A model generated the notes under the pieces. The model saw only the letters and a program-made list of their open reading frames with translations. It did no database searches and was not told the origin of the DNA. Made by a program: the position numbers and the translations under genes. From the human T2T-CHM13v2.0 reference genome, Homo sapiens: a stretch of 64,000 nt of DNA. The stretch is from the NCBI RefSeq assembly GCF_009914755.1, contig NC_060934.1. One strand, 5' to 3'. Below, in pieces: positions 56,603 through 64,000 of this stretch. Within the stretch, counting starts at the first letter, position 1. Every line of letters starts with the position of its first letter.

Positions 56603-56760
56603 CACTTAGTAGTTTAGAACACAGCTTCTGGAGTTGGACTACCAGGGGTCAAAGCTCAGCTTTGTTATTTTTTAGTAACATAATGCTGGGCTAATTATTT
56701 AACCTTCTTGTAAGTCAATGTCTACTCATAGGTAAGGTGGAAATAATTAAAGTAACAAAC
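56603..56760 (+). mobile_element. MIR remnant
   Basis: tagtagtttagaacacagcttctggagttggactaccaggggtcaaa...ctgggctaattatttaacct. Confidence 0.65.
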
Positions 56761-56805
56761 CCTTTGTTTGTTACTTACTTTAAACCTATGGCTTAACATG
56801 TATAA

Positions 56806-56814
56806 ACACACATA

Positions 56815-56853
<39 letters not shown>

Positions 56854-56860
56854 ATATACA
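56806..56860. repeat. (CA)-type/(GT)16 alternating purine-pyrimidine tract
   Basis: acacacatacac-(gt)16-atgtatataca. Confidence 0.95.
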
Positions 56861-57176
56861 TTAAGCCATAACTAGGCACTTCTAAGGAGGAAAAATAAAA
56901 TTAGCCTTTTCATAGATAACATTGTACTAATTGATAGCCCCTTCTGCATAGTTCACATTAATCAAAAAGTTCAAAATTTGACTTATTCTTGGTGGAAAAC
57001 AGGAGGAATTATTATAAAAAATGTTATCTTACTTCTAAGTAAATATTTTATATGGATCAGTGTGAATGAATTCAGCTCTAAAAAGAAAATTTATATTGAT
57101 TCTATTTCAAGTACAGTTGTGAGAATGTTAATTTACAACACAACATCCTCCTTTCTTGACTTAAAAAAAAATGCCC

Positions 57177-57386
57177 GAAGTTCATAGTTCACATTACAGT
57201 TCAGTCTCAGTATTTGTACATTCTACTGGTTTAGAAAAATGTATTATGGCATGTATCCACCATTACTGTGTCATACAGAATAGTTTCACTGCCCCACAAA
57301 TCCTTGGTCCTCCATCCTTTCATCCCTCTTTCCCCACTACCCCTCAAAACAAATGACCTTTTCACTGTCTCCATAGTCTCCATAGT
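57177..57386 (-). mobile_element. L1MC1-like 3'UTR fragment
   Basis: catgtatccaccatta...catacagaatagtttcactgccc...ctgtctccatagt. Confidence 0.75.
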
Positions 57387-58320
57387 TGCAGGCATGCTGT
57401 CTGCAATGAGGCAGGCAGCTTCCACTGTGGGCACTGGGAAATAAAGTGGTGCCCAGAAGCTTGGAGATGCCAGGAACTGCAGAGCCCCAAAGAGGGTGTC
57501 AAAGCCCTGGCTCAGGGAGCTCCTTGGTCTGGGTTCCCTGAAGGGCCACAGCTCTTCTCTCCTTCTTGTCACCCACAACGTGGTGAGTGGCGGTGGAGGC
57601 ATGTTTCAGCCCTGTTTGTGTTACAGCTCTTTCAGTCCTGCTGTATGGCAGGTCCTGAGTTTTTGTCTCATGTCCAGGAATAATGAGGTATACAGACAAC
57701 TGGAGCATGAGCAAGGTGAAGAGATGCTTTATTGAGTGTCATTACAGCTCTTAAGAGACCCAAAGTGGGTAGCTCCTTTCTGCAGGCAGGTTGTGCTGGT
57801 GTCTATGCAGCTCTCAGTGGAGAGGAGACCAGGAGTGGGTAGCTCCTCTCTGCAGGCAGGTCATTCCATCATCTGCCTGAGCATGGTTGACTTTGTGGTT
57901 TTTATGGGCTTCAAAGGGGAGAAAGTACATGCTGATTGGTCTATAGGCAGCCATGGTTGGGCCCAGAAAAAGCACCATGAATTCTCACTTTGATCTGCAG
58001 AACTGACAGCCTGGTCCCTAGGCTTCAGGCTATCCCTGGCTTGAAGGTGGGGCTTCAATAGGGACCTACCCCTTTCCCCCCAGGAGCCTGTCTGCATCCT
58101 GCCACCATAAACCCATTGTCCACAGCACCCACAGTCCCCAAGCTGTTCATGTGGATGGGTGCCTGCAGCTGTACCCAGAAGGGCAAGGCTCACACTTCTT
58201 CAACTTGGAAGGGGGAATGAGTTCAGCCAGCTCCATGGAGTGTGTAGCCCCAGCCGTGCCTCCCCTGATGCAGCCTGTGTCTTCACAACAGCTGTTCCAG
58301 ATGGCCCACCACTGCCATCA
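57387..58320 (-). mobile_element. MER52-family ERV1 LTR, truncated on the left
   Basis: GC-rich block; reverse complement starts TGATGGCAGTGGTGGGCCATCTGGA; TTTATT (antisense polyA signal) near 57728. Confidence 0.8.
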
Positions 58321-59159
58321 CAATTGCTTGATCATATGGCTAACTTCTTATACTTATTTGTTTGCAAAACACTCACAAAAGGCTCTGTTTTATTGCATAA
58401 TTGCAAAACAGAATTATTGCACTGAAAGTTTACAAAAATTGGGGAAAAAGAGCGTTATATCCTTTGGTGGCTATAAACAAGAAAAGTATTCATCAGAATA
58501 AATCTAATTCTCCTTTTGTAAAATAGTAATTCCTACCATTGCCTAATGTAAGAGAGTAGTAGCATTTGGGGTTTTAAAAGAAATAAAAAGCACGTGCTTC
58601 CCACTGATTAATGTGAGATAGCACTAAAGTAAGTTCCTGCAAACTATTTATATGTTCCTAGATGTCTGAAGCATTAGTGTATACAACTTCATACTTACAA
58701 ATTTATACCCCAATTTGAAAGATAATTAAATGTTCGTTTTCACTCAAAATGTAAAAGAATTTTAAAAAAGCAGAAACATGGAAATACAAATCCAAGTATT
58801 TTATGTAGTTTAATACATTTATATATAAAAATACATCCATTCAAATAATTCCTATACTGAAGTACATAGAGTATTGTACTTTACTGATAAATATTGTTCT
58901 GAAACATTGTAGTTATCCTCATTTTACTCTACATATTTTGGTTAAGACTGTGAGCATTTACCTAACAGAATAAGGTTTGGAGAGTTAACACTGTCTGGCG
59001 AGAAATTTAAGGACGCTTTAAACTTATAAATAAGTTCTTCCTAATTTAGTTGTTTCATTGGTTACTTGGTTTTAAGCCAAGTGTTGACAAGTAAAGCATG
59101 GAAACATTTCTGGTGAAAAAATAAACTGTAAAATCTTTTGCCACTCTTAGGAGATATTT

Positions 59160-59335
59160 TAGCACATGAGAAATGTGTGGACTTTGAAGACTGATAGATC
59201 TCGATTTGATTGATGCTTGATCATTCACTGGCTCTGTGAACTTGAAAAAGGAACTGAAGCTATTAGAATTTAAGTTTAATCATCAATAACAGTTATTAAA
59301 AAGATTAAATGAAGTAATATATAGAAAAGCTGGCT
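59160..59335 (+). mobile_element. MIR remnant
   Basis: gtggactttgaagac...cattcactggctctgtgaacttg...aagattaaatgaagtaatatatagaaaagc. Confidence 0.55.
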
Positions 59336-59354
59336 CTGATCAAGGTCACTATTG

Positions 59355-60560
59355 GTGTCAAGGTCATTGATTACTTTCATGTTGCTAAATCCAATGAGAA
59401 GTTCCCAGTCCTCATCTTATTTAAACTATTAGTGACTTTTGACATAGCCAAACACTCTTTCCTCTGAGAAATCATTCCTTAAATTCTAAGACACCATACT
59501 CTAAACGTTTTCCTTCAATCTAACTGGCCACTCCTTCCCAGCCTTCTTTTCTGGTATTGTATCTTCCTGATAAATAATTTCCCAGGGTTACTCTTCCTTT
59601 TTTTATTCTCCATCTGATTTACAACCCATTCATCTCAGAGCTTTAAAAACCATGTCTGTGGCTGATGAACCTCTATTTTACATCTCTAGCCCTGACCTCT
59701 TTCCTGATTTCTGGATTCTTATGCCCCACCTCCTTTCACACAAGTTTAATAGGTGTCTAGTAGATAGCTAACAATCAATATTGTCAAAATATAAATTATG
59801 GATCTTCTTTCCCCAAATATGCTCCATCTGATGCCCTATCTATTTTGGTTTTTGGCAACTTCAGTATTGCCATTGTCCAAGCTAAATTGTAGAGTCATTT
59901 TTAGTTTTAGTTTTTTCAGAAACCACATCTAACACATAAAGAAATCCTGTTAGAGACCATTGGCTCTATCTTCAAAATGATCTGGAACCTTATCACTTCC
60001 GAGCACCTCCAGTGCTGACCTCCTATCCAACCGGCATCATTACTCACTAACATTAATCTTTTATCCTGTTCCCCTATTTCTGCTCTGATCTCCTTTAGTA
60101 TATTATAAACATGGCAATTAAAATAATCCTTTAAAAATTTAATATAAATCATGTCATTCCTCCACTATATATCCTGCAAAATATATTCATTTTCTTAAGA
60201 ATAAAAGCCAAATTCAATTTAATGGCCTGTAAGTCCCCACATAATACTTTCTCTCATTTCTTCTCATCTTTTCTCCACTGCTCTGCCTGACATTTACAGT
60301 CCTCCAGCTATAGGGGGAGCCTTGCTATTCATCCAAGTCAACAATTCATTTTTCAACCTTGAAACCTTTGGACTGATTTGTCCTTCTTCCTGGAAATTCT
60401 TTCTCTAGTTGCCTGCACAGCTAATTATCTCTGCTACTTAAAATATTTGCCCAAGTATTATTTTCTCAGTAAGACAAATTAGTGACCTTCACTCCTCTTC
60501 TACCCACTTCAGATCCCACATAGCCTCATAGTATAATATTGACTCCTTATTATACATTAT
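59355..60560 (+). mobile_element. L2 remnant
   Basis: gtcaaggtcattgattactttcatgttgctaaatccaatg...cagtcctcatctta...ctctagccctgacctct...ggctctatcttcaaaat...aaatcatgtcattcct. Confidence 0.75.
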
Positions 60561-61359
60561 CTTTTCAAAGGAAAATATATACTGTACTGGTGATATCTGT
60601 TATGGCTATAGAAGAGAGATATGTGTTGTCACCAGTTCCGTGTATTTTGCCTGTTTATTTTCATCATCATGCAGCTTGTACCTTGTGATGTCCTACTCCA
60701 TAATTAGGATTAGTAGAATTTTGCAAATACAATTTTATCTTCTGGTTTTTGTTGTCTTTTGTTTTCTGATTGGAAATCTAATTAAAAGGTAGCATTAGGT
60801 AGGTTATCATTTGATATCATATTTACGTTTTGTGAGAACTTTAAAACTGTTGGGTGGGACTTAATCTCAACAGTTCACGTGAGTTTTCCATGATCAGCTC
60901 AGCAGCGATTGAGTGTTTATGTCTGTGATCAATTTTAATTTTAGACTAATCCTTCTTAAAGTATAACTTTTGTTGACAAGGCCACAGATAGGATTTCTCC
61001 AGGTATGATTCTTGAAACAAAAATTTAGAATCTTCAGTAAGATAGATTTGGTGTGTTTACTAGCCCCTTCAGAAAACTTAATAAAAATGAGCTTCAACAT
61101 AACATTACTTAAAGAACAAGATCTTAGTTTTAAACAACAGTTGTTTATGTGATCACTCCTATATAAGCGCCATCAGGAAATTTGGCCTTTTGTTATTTTT
61201 GATAATTTGAAAAGACAATCATCATATTAAACAACCATTGAGTTTCTTTTTTTGCAGCTTCCTAATTTAAATTTCATAATAGATTAATATGAATTGTGTA
61301 ATTTGAGTCTATCATCTTAAAGAACTCAACTAGTATCATAATAAGAATTATAAATAATA

Positions 61360-62131
<772 letters not shown>

Positions 62132-62339
62132 GCAAAATACATAATAATGAAGTACAACAAGTGGTCTAAATGAATTTCATATCTGGGCTTATACATTTGT
62201 AACAACTATAGAGCAAATAAAACTGAGTAACATTATGAAAATAATAATCCTAGTATGTTAGAGCACAAAGGCATTTATGTAAATATAATAAATGAAAATT
62301 ATTCTAGTATGGTAAAGATTCACCATGCTGTAAATTTGG

Positions 62340-62465
62340 AAAACTCTAAGCCTACTGCTGAGTAGCTCTATGACTTTGGGTTAGATACTACATTTGCTGG
62401 CAAATGTTTTGTTTTCTGTTAAACAAAGGATTGGATTAACACCAAGTTTCTTTCCAGTTTTGTGA
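62340..62465 (+). mobile_element. Possible MIR3/MIRc remnant
   Basis: tagctctatgactttggg...ttctgttaaacaaaggattggatta...tttccagttt. Confidence 0.35.
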
Positions 62466-63275
62466 GTAAATATATATTTTTTTATTTTCAAGGAGAATAC
62501 ATTAAAACAAAGCAAAACGAAACCTCCCATATTGACAATGAAAATATTTCCGCCTATGGATATTTAAAAAACAATGTACTTCTAAGAATGAGGGTGTCAT
62601 TTCCTTTCTAAAGGAAAAAAAAGAGTATTATAGAAGATGCTGTATCTGGCATATAAAATAGGCAGTTTCATACGTGAATGAACCATACTGAATTGAATAT
62701 AGATCAATCAAAGAGGGGTAAAGGAAGTAAGTGAAATAAATAAGTTCCTAGGAAGCATTCAGGCTTAAAGTTTCAAGAGAAATTTAATTTATAACTGCTT
62801 CAGTTACTCCTATGAGCCAAATTTCGTGAAAAACTAAAGCAAAGTAATATTTCAATCAGAAGACCAAACATTGAAAGAAATATAATACAATGCTTCAAAT
62901 ACTATAACCAGTTTAACCAGTCATCTCTCTTGTCTTTACAGAAAGCCTTAGATAAGCTAAAATAAACAATTAGATGTTTAATAAGAAAATGGAAGAAAAT
63001 ATTCAGATACTGACTTTTCCTCCTTCAGTTCTGCAAAGTGCCTCCAATACGCAGAAAAATATCAGCAGGATTGTGAAAATAAAGGTAGTCATGTTGAAGT
63101 ATTAACTATATTTGTGAGAAATTATACATGGTTTTGGCTTATTTAAATTTAACAATGGTTACATTTAATTCCCTAATGTATTTTAGAAAATGTGAAAATT
63201 AACAAATAAAACTGCCTCTTGTTATATAGTACTCTCAAATATCTAAAAACATTTTTATAGATATCTTTACAATTA

Positions 63276-63651
63276 CAGTCATGTACCGCATGATATTTCA
63301 TACATTACAATCATGTACCTATGATATTTCGGTCAACAACAGACTGCACATACAGTGGTTATCTCATAAGACTATTTGCCATATTTGCCATATTTTTACT
63401 GTACATTTTCTATGTTTATATGTGTATAAATACACAAATACTTACCATTGTGTTACAATTACCTCAAATAGTCAGTATAGTAAAATGCCGTATAGGTTTG
63501 CAGCCTAAGAGTGAAAGGCTATACCATGTAGCCTAGGTTTACAGCAGGCTATATGATCTAGGTTTGTGCAAGTACACTCCATAATGTTTGCCCAGTGAGA
63601 AAGTTCCCCAATTACGCATTTCTCAGAACAACCTTAAGTGATGCATGACTG
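63276..63651 (+). mobile_element. Tigger3a (MER7A)-type non-autonomous DNA transposon
   Basis: Inverted termini CAGTCATG...CATGACTG with TA on both sides (63274-63275, 63652-63653); tacacaaatacttaccattgtgttacaatt. Confidence 0.9.
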
Positions 63652-64000
63652 TAACAGATTCGGGTTTTTTTTTTTAAGGGTAAATCACTGAGAAATAATT
63701 TCTATGTAATATAAATAGAAAATTGACAAATTTATTCAATTAATAAGATATATTAATTAGTTGAAACAGGTCAACTATTGTTTTATGTGCTGAATATTAA
63801 CAAATATTATATGTTACTTACTGAGGAAATAGCAAGTATATACCCCTCGGTCAGGAACAAGCTTTAAAAGTTCATAGACAATAAAATTATGAGCTTACAG
63901 AAGAGTGAACAGGGTGAGGGTTATAGAAAATGAGATAACTACAGGAGTTAGGAGAATAAAAGAGCAGCCTTTAGTCCTGGTGGAAATTTTGGATTTTACT

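Noticed and set aside
57231-58501. GC-rich block with several 80-120 aa ORFs, superficially promoter- or gene-like
   Set aside because: Explained by a MER52-family LTR; CpGs are largely decayed, so it is not a CpG island.
58588-58599. Perfect 12-bp palindrome AAGCACGTGCTT (E-box core)
   Set aside because: Several 12-bp palindromes are expected by chance in 64 kb, and no supporting motif cluster is seen.

Overview
This is AT-rich, CpG-depleted, gene-poor simian primate DNA, most likely human or ape: it carries AluJ/S/Y, an L1PA5-like element and primate LTRs. I find no credible cellular protein-coding gene, RNA gene, CpG island or CRISPR array. Every ORF whose product I recognise is transposon-derived: L1 ORF2 fragments, Tigger2 transposase fragments and antisense-Alu or low-complexity read-throughs. 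Roughly half the window is interspersed repeat: 12 Alus, several L1s (including a 5'-inverted L1PA5-like copy), about 16 LTR elements, a full-length Tigger2, MER1B/MER44/Tigger3a/MER5/MER45/MER63 DNA elements, L2/MIR remnants and microsatellites. Many insertions can be ordered from visible target-site duplications (TSDs). I did not find a convincing new biological system. Five things merit a second look. (i) A ~62-nt foreign insert sits at the apex of an expanded (TC)n/(GA)n inverted repeat inside a MER50 LTR. (ii) A ~4.8-kb repeat-poor island (14.7-19.4 kb) holds a dense TF-motif cluster, a candidate CTCF site and a candidate minus-strand exon. (iii) A full-length Tigger2 landed inside the terminal inverted repeat of MER44A. 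(iv) Two elements have non-canonical insertion junctions. (v) An Alu tail has been converted into a GGAA/GAAA tract. Repeat subfamily names come from my recollection of consensus sequences and need RepeatMasker/Dfam confirmation. Boundaries of old elements (MIR, L2, L1ME, ERVL) are approximate.
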